From Eledone cirrhosa (lineage: Eukaryota): a stretch of 64,000 nucleotides of DNA. Location: NCBI GenBank assembly GCA_964016885.1, contig OZ024766.1:1922001-1986000 (forward strand). Reading direction: 5' to 3'. Under the pieces are notes generated by a model. It worked only from the letters and a program-made list of their open reading frames with translations. It was not told where the DNA came from and did not search any database. This document shows, one piece after another, positions 27,907 to 57,459 of this stretch. Positions within the stretch are counted from its first letter, which is position 1. Each line of letters starts with the position of its first letter. The position numbers and the translations under genes are program-made.

Positions 27907-28318
27907 CATGTATATCTACATATATATGTATATATATATATGTGTGTGTGTGTGTAGTAACAGAAATTGAAATAATTTAAAAAACCAAACAATGCATTAG
28001 AAAGAAAATTAAAATTGCTAACATAACAAAAAAAATCTTACCTTAGCAAATTTAATAATGTCAAATATTTTCAGGGTTAAACACCCATCACCAAGGGACT
28101 ATCTCTATGAGAGACTTAAAGGATCACTCAGAGTTGACATGTGTGGATGTAGGCATGTATATGTATGTATATATATGCATGGTTGGGTTGTTGGTGACAA
28201 ACATTGCCAACCCCACCAAACTTACTTGGTGAGTAGGGTCAATTAGGACACTCTGCTGGATGAAAACAAAACCCGTCAAAGGGGTTAAGGAACTCAGGAT
28301 AGTCAACGCCCATACAAT

Positions 28319-28355
<37 letters not shown>

Positions 28356-28444
28356 CGTGGAGTGAGACTCCAAGTCCTTATTTAGACATCTAGGAGAAGG
28401 TCACTCTGATATAAAACCTGTGACTTCATTTACATCCAATGATG

Positions 28445-29468
28445 GAGGCACATGGCTTAGTGGTTAGAGCATTGGCCTTGCAATCGAAAGGTTGTGAGTT
28501 CAATTCTCAGACCGGGTGATGTGTTGTTTCCTTGAGCAAGACACTTTATTTCACATTGCTCCAGTTTACTCAGCTGTAGAAATGAGATGTAAAGTGGTCA
28601 TGTAGGTGTCACAACAAACAACACCCAGCCCACACTGTAAAGTGGTCATGTAGGTGTCACAACAAACAACACCCAGTCCACACTGTAAAGTGGTCATGTA
28701 GGTGTCACAACAAAAGGTACCCAGTCCACACTGTAAAGTGGTCATGTAGGTGTCACAACAAACAACACCCAGTCCACACTGTAAAGTGGTCATGTAGGTG
28801 TCACAACAAACAACACCCAGCCCACACTGTAAAGTGGTCATGTAGGTGTCACAACAAACAACACCCAGTCTACACTGTAAAGTGGTCATGTAGGTGTCAC
28901 AACAAACAACACCCAGTCCACACTGTAAAGTGGTCATGTAGGTGTCACAACAAAAAGCACCCAGTCCACACTGTAAAGTGGTCATGTAGGTGTCACAACA
29001 AACAACACCCAGTCTACACTGTAAAGTGGTCATGTAGGTGTCACAACAAACAACACCCAGTCCACACTGTAAAGTGGTCATGTAGGTGTCACAACAAACA
29101 ACACCCAGTCCACCCTGTAAAGTGGTCATGTAGGTGTCACAACAAAAAGCACCCAGTCCACACTGTAAAGTGGTCATGTAGGTGTCACAACAAACAACAC
29201 CCAGTCTACACTGTAAAGTGGTCATGTAGGTGTCACAACAAACAACACCCAGTCCACACTGTAAAGTGGTCATGTAGGTGTCACAACAAACAACACCCAG
29301 TCCACACTGTAAAGTGGTTGGTGTTAGGAAGGGCATCCAGCCGTAGAAAACCAACCAGAAACTCTCCTATATGAGCGAGACATGGTCACCTGACCCAACT
29401 TGCCTCTAAATGGGACAAATCCGTCAAACCCATCCTAGCGTGGAAGATGGACGTTAATTGACGATGAT
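28445..29468 (+). mobile_element. SINE family 1 head plus ~15-copy 48-bp internal array plus RTE-type tail
   Basis: tRNA head 28445-28588, array 28589-29315, tail GTTAGGAAGGGCATCC...GGACGTT. Confidence 0.85.
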
Positions 29469-29857
29469 GGGACATAATATATATAGGTGTGTGTATATAT
29501 TCTATACACACTGTATATCATACAACACTTTATACACAGCCGAAAGGAGTTTAAAAATATGTATACATACCTTAGTACATCCAAAGAGTAAAATATATAT
29601 ATATATGTATATATATGCTGTGTGTTTACAGGAGTGTATATATATATATGTCTGTTTGTCTGTCTGTCTGTGTTTGTTTATATGTGTGTCTCTGTGCATG
29701 TGAATTTATGTGTGTATGTATGTATGTATATTTATTTGTGTGTATATATATATATATATATAGATATATATATATCTTTGTTAGGAGAGTCTCCAGGCAA
29801 TATTACATGAGTGTATATATATGCATAAATATATTTATATACATATATATATGTGTG

Positions 29858-29898
<41 letters not shown>

Positions 29899-30537
29899 AT
29901 ATATGTTTATATACACTCAAATACACTTCCTTGCATTCTAACTAACCCACCACCACCACCACCACCACCACCACCACCCTGGAACCCTTCACACACAACA
30001 GAGGAGGTGGTGGTGTTGTAATGGTGGTGTTGTGGTGGTGGTGGTGTAGTGGTGGGTGTGGTGGTGTTGTGGTGGTGCTGGTGTAGTGGTTGTGGTGGTG
30101 TAGTGGTGGGTGTGGTGGTGTAGTGGTGGTGGTGGTGTAGTGGAGGTGGTGGTGGTGGTGGTGTAATGGTGGTGGTGGTGGTGTAGTGGTGGTGGTGGTG
30201 GTGGTGGTGTAGTAATGGTGGTGGTGGTGTAGTGGAGGTGGTGGTGGTGGGATGGCGGTGGTGTGGTGGTGGGGTGGTGGTGTAGTGGTGGTGTGGTGGT
30301 GTAGTGGTGGTGGTGGGGGAGTGTAGCATGACTGTGATTATATTACATGGCAAGTCCTCACATGTATTCCCCCATGTTGGCAGTGGGTGGGGTGGGGGAC
30401 AAGGGTGTGTGACGGTGGGGTGGGGTGCGGTGGGGGGTGGCGGTGTGGTTGAACATTCAAAGAGATTTGTTCTTTTCTACCTGGCTGGCTTGATTCTCAG
30501 GTGTGTATATATACACACACACATGTGTATATATATG

Positions 30538-30613
<76 letters not shown>

Positions 30614-30823
30614 TATATATATATATATACACATATATATATATATATATATACACATATATATATATACACATATATATATATATATATATACACATAT
30701 ATATATATATATATACACATATATATATATGTATATATATACATATATATATATATGTATATATATACACATATATATATATATGTGTATATATATATAT
30801 ATATATATGTGTATATATATGTA

Positions 30824-30868
<45 letters not shown>

Positions 30869-30976
30869 ATGTATATGTATATATGTATACATGTGTGTGC
30901 ATGTATATATATATATATATATATATTTTCATATGTATACTTATATTCATTTAAATAAACATATACATACACTCAC

Positions 30977-31009
<33 letters not shown>

Positions 31010-31709
31010 TACATATATGCATATATACGCACATACATATATATACATATATACAATAGCTTCCTTGACCAATTAATTGCAGTGAGGCCTTAAAATTTCT
31101 AATCAAACGAACAATTGTTTACGATACCCCCCCCCCCCCCCTGCACACCGCCACCAACACCACCACTACACCACCACCACTACTATCCCTCCCCCCACCT
31201 GCACGCCGCCACCACCACCACTACTACACCACCACCACCAACACCACCACCACCACCACCACCACCACCACCACTACTACACCACCACCTGCACACCACC
31301 ACCACCACCACCTGCACACCACCACCACAACCACCACCACCACCACCACCACCACCACCACCACCACCACCACCACCACCACCACCACCAACACCACCAC
31401 CAACACCACCACCACCACCACCACCACCAACACCACCACCACCACCACCACTACTACACCACCACCACCAACACCACCACCACCACCACCACCACCACCA
31501 CCAACACCACCACCAACACCACCACCACCACCACCACCACCAACACCACCACCACCACCACTACACCACCACCACCACCACCACCACCACCACCAACACC
31601 ACCACCACCACCACCAACACCACCACCACCACCACCACCACCACCACCAACACCACCACCAACACCATCATCACCACAAAAGTCACTGCACTCAATTATA
31701 AATGTACCT

Positions 31710-31747
<38 letters not shown>

Positions 31748-31924
31748 ACAGACAGACAGACCCCTCTCATCCCCACACACAGTCCCAGCCCCTACTATTT
31801 ATTAGAACCTCCTCCTGTCCTCCTGGAACCAACCATTCAACTCAACCTCTTTGAACTTTACATATATAAACACAAATATATTATATGTATATATGTGTGT
31901 GTGTATATGTATACACACACACAC

Positions 31925-31958
<34 letters not shown>

Positions 31959-32759
31959 ATATATATTCATATATATATATATATATATATATATGTAATA
32001 CAGAAGACCCGCCTTGCCTAAGTACAAAGCAAAACCTACTACAGTCAGTAGACACCTCTTAATAAAAATACACCCCCGGCCCACTACCCCCACCCCATCC
32101 ACACCAACCCCCTTTCGATGTAAAGCTATGTTGGTACCACAACATCCAGTCCGAAATAAATGAGGTCGTGTAGGTGTCAGGACAAAAAAAACACAGTCCA
32201 CGCTGTAATGTGGCCGTGTAGGTAACACGGTAAAAACCTCCCAGTCCACACTGTAAACGTGGTTGGTGTTAGGAAGGGCATCCAGCCGTAGAAAACCCGC
32301 CAGACAGTCCTATACGAGCAAGACAACCAATCTTGCCTCAAGTGGGAAAATTCCCGTCCAAACCCATGCAAGCGTGGAAGATGGACGTTAAACGATGATG
32401 ATGATATATATATACAACAAAAAGTACCCAGCCCACACTGTAAAGTAGTCATGTAGGTGTCACAACAAACAACACCCAGTCCACTCTGTAAAGTGGTCAT
32501 GTAGGTGTCACAACAAAAAATACCCAGTCCACACTGTAAAGTGGTCATGTAGGTGTCACAACAAAAAGTACCCAGTCCACACTGTAAAGTGGTCATGTAG
32601 GTGTCACAACAAAAAGTACCCAGTCCACACTGTAAAGTGGTCATGTCTTTCGGACATACATTTGTATAATCACACAGAACTTTTTATTACCCTCATTAAA
32701 AAAATTTTCCACTTTCCAGTGAACTGTCAACCATCAAGGTGGTTTTTTCCATGGTTATG

Positions 32760-32980
32760 TCAATATTTATAAAACAAATCTTGTATTTTATCTGATGAAA
32801 GTGCACCAAGAATGCCTCGGTTGTCCTTGAAATATATATAATAAAATAATTATGGTTTTATAAATATAGTTTCCATTTATTAATATATTGAATATTTACT
32901 CCAGTAACTTGTTGAGTGCTTTATGTCAGTTATAAAGTTTTAAGCTTGTTGGAATCCCAACAAATTAAATATACTTCTCC

Positions 32981-32985
<5 letters not shown>
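32760..32985 (+). mobile_element. Penelope-like pLTR remnant with hammerhead-like motif; family copies at 11080-11405, 11685-11900, 18686-18920(-), 24345-24460
   Basis: Shared TATTTTATCTGATGAA..CACCA...TGGT..CCTTGAAATATRTATAAT..AATATGGTTTTATAAATATAGTTTCC. Confidence 0.6.
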
Positions 32986-33022
<37 letters not shown>

Positions 33023-33031
<9 letters not shown>

Positions 33032-33326
33032 TACAAATATTAATAAAATAGATGTTCTTTTGATCAATTAAATTTTATTATACATATTTCAGAGGTTCAA
33101 CAGTACGTCCTCATCAGACAAAATATAATGATACATGACATACCCTGAGATGTTAAATGGTTAAGATTTAATCATGGTTAAGATTTAACCATTTAACATC
33201 TCAGGGTATGTCATATATCATTATATTTTATCTGATGAGGACGTACTGTTGTACCTCTGAAATATGTATAATAAAATTTAATTGATCAAAAGAACATCTA
33301 TTTTATTAATATTTGTATTTTAATAT
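33023..33326. mobile_element. ~140-bp-arm inverted repeat (Penelope-like inverted pLTR), with a hammerhead-like motif in each arm
   Basis: 33023-33163 is the reverse complement of 33186-33326. CTGATGA...GAAATATGTA at 33232(+) and 33117(-). Confidence 0.7.
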
Positions 33327-33422
33327 TAATAACTCTGGAAATTATTTTTTCCAGTAGAGTGCTTCCAATCTACTGTAAAACTCATTCTTTGATGTACTCA
33401 TTGAATCTTGTTTAACTCATTA

Positions 33423-33454
<32 letters not shown>

Positions 33455-33879
33455 ATGTGTGTGTATGTGTGTACCTCCCACTAATATGTAAATTAATCTA
33501 ACCCTAACTCAATCACAGTAATTTATTCATAAATTACTGTTGTTACATTCTTTGTATGACCAAGGGAAAGTAATTTGATCATAATTATGGTCTTAACTAA
33601 TTTAGAAAGCATGCATTAAATCAACACAGTTGCCACCCCAGCCCCAAACATCTTCAGTTCCCTATGGTTTAAATCAGACAGGGTAAGCAGGGTATATATT
33701 CTAGATAAAGCCTATGGAGCTTGCTTATTGAGAAACACAAAATTCTAAACATATTTGATATGTTTTGATTCATTATTTGTATTTGGCAGCTCCAAATCTC
33801 TTAACTTGTTGAGCTCGGTAGCTATAATCATTACTCCTATTTCTAGCAGAGTTATCATCCCCCTTGTTGGTATGTATTG

Positions 33880-33904
<25 letters not shown>

Positions 33905-33914
<10 letters not shown>

Positions 33915-34465
33915 CTATACAAGCCATGTATAAAGAAACAGTCAGCAAGGTTAGAATTAACAATGAATATAGTGAAGAATTTAGCGTAAAAGTTGGTGTT
34001 CATCAGGGCTCTGTCCTTAGCCCCCTCCTATTTATTATTGCCCTTCAAGGTTATTACAGACGAGTTTAAGACCGGCTGCCATGGGAACTTCTATATGCAG
34101 ATGATCTAACGCTCATAGCTGAATCTATGGCTGAACTAGAGAAGAAATTCCAAACATGGAAGCATGGCCTAGAATCAAAAGGCCTTAAAGTTAACTTGTC
34201 TAAGACAAGTTCTAGTATGTAGAAAGGAAAATAGGGTACAGGTCCCCTCAGGGAAATGGCCATGCTCAGTGTGTAGGAAATAAGTAGGCAGAAATTCCAT
34301 TTTATGTCCCAAATGCAAAGTATGGGTGCATAAAAGATGTAGTGGGATCACAGGTAAACTATCTAAGAACGTAGACTTTATATGTGGCCGATACTCAGGT
34401 GCAATAAGTAGCAAGTGTCCACAGGATACTAGCTACTTCTATTGCCCAGATGGTTCTATAGAAAT
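33905..34465 (+). mobile_element. RTE LINE reverse-transcriptase fragment (frameshifted, with stops)
   Basis: KVGVHQGSVLSPLLF, then PWELLYADDL...GLKVN and a downstream Cys/His-rich segment. Confidence 0.85.
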
Positions 34466-35082
34466 CACACTGGTTAGACCCCAATTTGTTAATCCGGTGT
34501 TAAACCTGATCGTCTCCAAGGAGCAAATCCTAGATCAAGGTGTTAACTTTTTCATGTGTTACAGAAAGCAACGATAAGGCGTTCCTTGATCCCCGAGATA
34601 AGACCTCTAAATCTCCGGAAATCCCTGATAAGTAGGGGCCACAAGGGGCAACTAAGTAATGTGAAGTTGCCATCTTCTCATTTGTTCTTTTCCATTGATC
34701 TAATGACTGGTTTGACTATGGCCATACTGGGGCACTACCTTGATTTATTTGATCATATCAACACCAGTACTGTTTTACTGGTTTCAGTCACTAGACTGTG
34801 GCCATACTGGGGCACTCCCTTGATTTAGTCAATTTGTTTTTTGTCAAACTCTAAGTTACAGGATTTAAACACCAATATAAATGCAATCATAAACACTGGA
34901 AGATAAGGTACTGACACATACATACATACATATACATACATACACACACATATATACACATATACATACATACATATATACATACATACATATATACATA
35001 CATATATACATACATACATATATACATACATACATATATACATACATACATATATACATACATACATATATACATACATATA

Positions 35083-35116
<34 letters not shown>

Positions 35117-35593
35117 CATACATACATATATACATACATACATATATACATACATACATACATATATACATATATACATACATACATATATACATACATA
35201 TATACATACATACATACACACATATATATACATACATACATACATACATACACACACACATATATACATACATACATATATACATACACACATACATATA
35301 TACATACACACACATATATATACATACATACACACATACATATATACATATATACACATACATATATACATACATACACATATACATACATACCCACATA
35401 CATACACATACAAGCACACACACAGGGTTACATACATACATACATACATACATACACACATGCATATACACACACATATACACACACATATACACACACA
35501 CAGGATATGTTACAGCTTTGTGTGGCTGGCCAGAGCCTAAAAGTGCACCATTTTCTGTAATCTGACAAACGATTGCAGAGTTTTCAGCCATCT

Positions 35594-35629
<36 letters not shown>

Positions 35630-36867
35630 CATGATGGCTGCCCCCTCGTTATCGAGTATGGCCATTGCACGATATACCATTATTAATAATTATTAATTAA
35701 TTCTATCGTGCAATGCCTGTGCGTGAAGATATTTGTTAAAGTGAGGAAAGACTGTGCACTGAGCCAATCCCACTCTCTGAGAGACAGTAGCTATAACCTG
35801 AAAAGAAGAAAAGATCATCATCATCGGTAACTACTGAGCCGCAGGTTTTATATCAAAGTTATCCCAGTTTCCTGAGTTGCCTTCCCCTAGAAGAATGCTC
35901 TGACAGAGGCTAGGGGTCCTTCACTCCCAGTGGTTTAACCGCGAGATCGGGTACCCAGCCCGACTATTTCTATTACATACATACTTCTGTTTTATGTCGA
36001 AGTTATCCCAGTTTCCTGAGTTGCCTTCCCCTACAAGAATGCCCTGTTGTGAGAAAGAGACATGGAGGAAGAATCAATCCCAGGTACTTTTTTTTATCAA
36101 CCTTGAATGTACGAAAGGCAAAGTTGACCTAGGTGGGATTTAGAAGGAAGGAGATAGATAGATAGAGAGAGATGGGGGGTTGGGGGGGTTGGCCTCAGTA
36201 TTAGACTGGTATTTTTTTATCAACCTCAAAATGATGAAGGCAAAAGTGACCTTGGCAAAAGTTGAACACAGAACAAAAGAGAGAGAGAAAGAGAGAGAGA
36301 GAGATAGAGAGATAGAGAGAGAGAGAGAATAATTGACCCCAGTACTTGTCTGCTACTTTATTTTATCGACCTCAAAAGGATGAAGGGAGAGAAAGAAAGA
36401 GAGAAAGATCGATCCAGTAAGTTGATTGATACTTCATTTTAGTGACCTCGTAAGGGTGAAAGGAGAGAGAGAGAGAGAGAGGGGGTGGAGAGAGACAGGA
36501 GGAGAGAGCAACCCCAGTATATTATTTTAGCGACCTCAAAAGGATAAAAAGGGGAGAACGGGATTGATGAAAAAAGACCGCAGTACTTTATTAATCGACT
36601 ACAAAAAGATGTCAGGCAAAATTGACCTCGGCGGGATTTGACCTCAGAACGCGGAGAAACGGGAACGAATATCACAAAAGATTTTTATGTGATAAGTCTA
36701 ACAACGCTGCCACTTCACCGCCTATAATTTATCTTTACACCGATGATAAAAAAAAAAAAAAAATGTAACTAGGGTTGTCTCCCTTGACTTCCGTATTACT
36801 ATTGAAGCAAACCAGACAAAAGTAAGCGATAACTTGTCGCCCTATTTCTTGTCTATCTTAACATCTT

Positions 36868-37345
36868 CATAATTGTTTCTATTTTTGGCACAAGGCCAGC
36901 AATTACGCCAGCGTATTACTGGTACTTTATTGTAGCGACCCTTTAATAATTGTTTCTACTTTTGGCACAAGGCCAGCAATTACCCAACCAAGTGTATTAC
37001 TGGTACTTTATTTTAGCGACCCTTTAATAATTGTTTCTACTTTTGGCACAAGGCCAGCAATTATTCAGTGTATTACTGGTACTTAATTTTAGCGACCCTT
37101 TAATAATTGTTTCTACTTTTGGCACAAGGCCAGCAATTACCTCACTGTATTACTGGTACTTTATTGTAGCGACCCTTTAATAATTGTTTCTACATTTGGC
37201 ACAAGGCCAGCAATCACCCAAGTGTATTACTGGTACTTTATTGTATCGACACTGTAAGGAGGAAAGGCAAAGTTAACCTCGGCGGGATTTTTGAAACTCA
37301 GACAGTAAAGGGCCGTAACTCTGTGCTACAAAGCACGGCGTCCCG
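36868..37345 (-). mobile_element. SINE family 2 with ~6 tandem copies of its ~61-bp 3' tail
   Basis: Repeated TAATTGTTTCTACTTTTGGCACAAGGCCAGCAATT...TACTGGTACTTTATT. Confidence 0.8.
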
Positions 37346-37379
37346 TCCAACCGAAAGTTTAAAAAAAAAACAGAACATA

Positions 37380-37546
37380 TGTGACAAGGGGAGACAAAAG
37401 TTTCGCAACACCGTGTAGCATATTATATCCGGGTGCGAGTGCGGACCAGTGCTGTTGGATTAGTTACGTCTGTCAACCCGAGTTGCTGCTGTGTTCGCTG
37501 TGTTGTGATTATCTCTGCTAAGTCTCTCCTGTCTTAGTTTATAAAT
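37380..37546 (+). promoter_or_regulatory. CpG-containing promoter/5'UTR region of CWC27
   Basis: Locally GC- and CpG-rich unique sequence immediately upstream of the ATG, in an otherwise AT-rich background. Confidence 0.55.
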
Positions 37547-54495
<16,949 letters not shown>

Positions 54496-55019
54496 ACATC
54501 TCGCATCTACCCATTCTTTCATTCTCTGGGGGACCCCTGCCCCACTGGCTCTGGCCCTGGGGTTCATCTCATCAGAACTCTTTCAACCCAACACCCACCC
54601 ACTATACACCCAACACCACCCACCCAACCACCCAACCAACCCCCACCCACACAACCACCACCAACACCAACCACCTGCTCATCACATGTCCTAGAAGAAA
54701 TTTGACACAGCTCCCCAACTCCAGCCCCCCCCCCCCCCCCCCCCCCTCGCCCTCCACCCCAACCACTTTCATGTCCCCACCCTCCCCACCCGACCCCCCT
54801 GGCTCGTCTCACCACCAACAATAACACTCCCACACCCACCCACATCACCACCACCACCACCACCACCACATCAACATTCCCACCACACCTCCACCATCAC
54901 ACCTGTTTGGTTGTAAATCCCTGTGTGGGGGTGTGTGAGAAGGGGGAGGGGTAGGAGAGAAGACAATGTATCCCCCCACCCCCACCCCCACACTTTATTT
55001 TATTTAGGTTGAAAAAAAC

Positions 55020-55039
55020 AATAAAAATATATAAATAAA
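55020..55039 (+). terminator. Putative polyadenylation signals of CWC27
   Basis: AATAAA at 55020 and 55034, followed by a T/GT-rich tract, about 530 nt after the stop codon. Confidence 0.6.
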
Positions 55040-55065
55040 ATCATGATGTTTCTTTATATTTGTTC

Positions 55066-55132
<67 letters not shown>

Positions 55133-55134
<2 letters not shown>

Positions 55135-55471
55135 CACATGGCTTAGTGGTTAGAGCATTGGCCTTGCAATCGAAAGGTTGTGAGTTTAATTCTCAGACCG
55201 GGTGATGTGTTGTGTCCTGTCCTTGAGCAAGACACTTTATTTCACATTGCTCCAGTTTACTCAGCTGTAGAAATGAGATGATAGGGACTGGGGTCCCTAT
55301 CATTCCACTGCAAAGTGGTCGTGGAGGTGCCACGGCAAAAAAAGCACCCAGCACTCACTGTAAATGAGGTTGGTGTTAGGAAGGGCATCTAGCTGTAGAG
55401 ATCAAGCCAGAATCAGTTCCCGTCCCACCCTTGCAAGCAGGGAAAAGAGGATGTATATGATGATGATGATG

Positions 55472-55472
<1 letters not shown>
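55133..55472 (+). mobile_element. SINE family 1, full length
   Basis: Near-identical to the 14411 copy. Confidence 0.88.
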
Positions 55473-55505
<33 letters not shown>

Positions 55506-55657
55506 CAGGGAGTGTAACTTGGAGTTACTGTAGGTTCATCCGGGTGAACACTCAATGATTGATTCACTTCAGTGTCGAGGCCTAGAGCTAGACAGTGTGT
55601 ATTATAGTGAAAAGATAACAAGGACAACTGGTTACTCCTTCGTTACGTTTATTGGTT

Positions 55658-55720
55658 GGTGACGCACGTTTCGTCAAGGTTCGATCTGACCTGACTCTGT
55701 AATCCACAGCTCGTCAGACC
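55658..55720 (-). ncRNA. Type I hammerhead ribozyme with hairpin insertion (Penelope-like element associated)
   Basis: Minus strand reads GGU-CUGACGA-G[CUGU ggauu ACAG]A-[GUCA GGU cagaucga ACC u UGAC]-GAAA-CG ug CG-UC^ACC. Confidence 0.65.
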
Positions 55721-56352
55721 CCTTGTAATAGTAATGGAAAAATGATATATATATATATATATATCGTTTCTGAATTTGTTTAGCAAACAAAGCACACAAC
55801 ACACACAAAAACAAGATGGCGTAGGACAGAACAAAGGAGAGGTACAAAAACAAAGAAAAGAATTCACTTATATATATATATATATCGTTATACTTTGGGA
55901 GGGTCATGTTGCCAATAAGAAACACACGCACCAGTTGCTTTCACTGCGTGTGTTTCTTATTGGCAACATGACCCTCCCAAAGTATAACAATATCGGTTTC
56001 AACACACGATTTCAGATAAAGAATCTTGCTAAACAAATTCAGAAACGAAATATATATATATATCATTCATCATCTTGAAGCAAGACAACCTCAAGTGGGA
56101 CAATTCCCGTCCAGACCCATGCTAGCGTGGAAAATGGACGTTAAACGATGATGATGATGATATATATGTATGTAGCACCCAGCCTACGCTGTAAATGTGG
56201 TTGGTGTTGGGAAGGGCATCCAGCCATAGAAAATCAGCTAGAAACACTTTTATTTGAGCAAGACACGGTCGCCCGACTTGCCTCAAAATAGGACCTGTCT
56301 AACCCATGCTAGCGTGGAAGATGGACGTTATTTGATGATGATGATGCTGATG

Positions 56353-56391
<39 letters not shown>

Positions 56392-57459
56392 GTATGCATT
56401 TACATATATGTGTGTATATATATATGTATGTGTATACATATATGTATGTGTGTATGTATGTATATATATATATATATATATATACACAGGTTAAATTCCG
56501 TTATAGCGAATACCATTATACCATTATAATGAATTTTTCTGTATAACGAAATTATTTTCAATCCCCAAGGTAATAACAAACAAACGCTCGGTTTGTTTCG
56601 GTCGATCTCGTTATAAAGAACTTTTCTTTACAACGAATTTTTTTAATACCCCGTGAATTTTGTTATAACGGAATTTCACTGTGTGTGTACGTATGTATGT
56701 ATGTGTGTATGTATGTGTGTTTGTATGTGTGTGTGGTTAAATGTTGATCAGTTATTTACTGCGGAGATGTTTTTTAAACGCAGTGAATGGCAAGCAGTTT
56801 TACTTAGCAACGGCGGCTTAGCAACGAAACACACCTACTTTTTTCTGAAGACCGAACTAAACAGATACAGTTAGCAGGTAAATATATATATACATATATA
56901 TATATGTATATATATGTATATATATATATATATATATGTATACGTATATATATATATGTGTGTGTGTGTGTACGTAGAATCTAAACAAAGGTGAGAAAAG
57001 TAAATATAAACGGTGTTATATGAACAAAGTCCCTTAAATGTTTTTCTCCCCCCATTTCCTATCTGTCTTTTGTTTTATGTTGTTTATTGCATATCGAAGT
57101 TAAATATATCTTGGTTGATATTTGATAATAATTTCTACTATAAGCACAAGGCCAGCAATTTCAGGGGAGGAGGAAAAGTGGATTAAATCGACACAAGTAC
57201 ATTACTGGTACATTATTTTATCGACCCTGTAAGGATGAAAGGCAAAGTTTCTCTCCTTAATATTCAAATGTTAGTAACTCCTAAATGTCTTCCTTTTATT
57301 ATTTCTCATCCAATTCTTCAGAGGTTTTGTCTGCGGAGAAATTGTCAAAAATGGATGTCTCCCAGGAATCAAGGAGTGTCGACACACTGGATGACAGTAA
57401 ATCTATGGAGAACTCTGAGTCCTGTAAGTCATTGATTCTTTAACCCTTTAACATTCACA

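Noticed and set aside
31115-32062. Proline-rich (formin/extensin-like) ORF
   Set aside because: A (CCA)n microsatellite running into AC/AT repeats, with no splice support.
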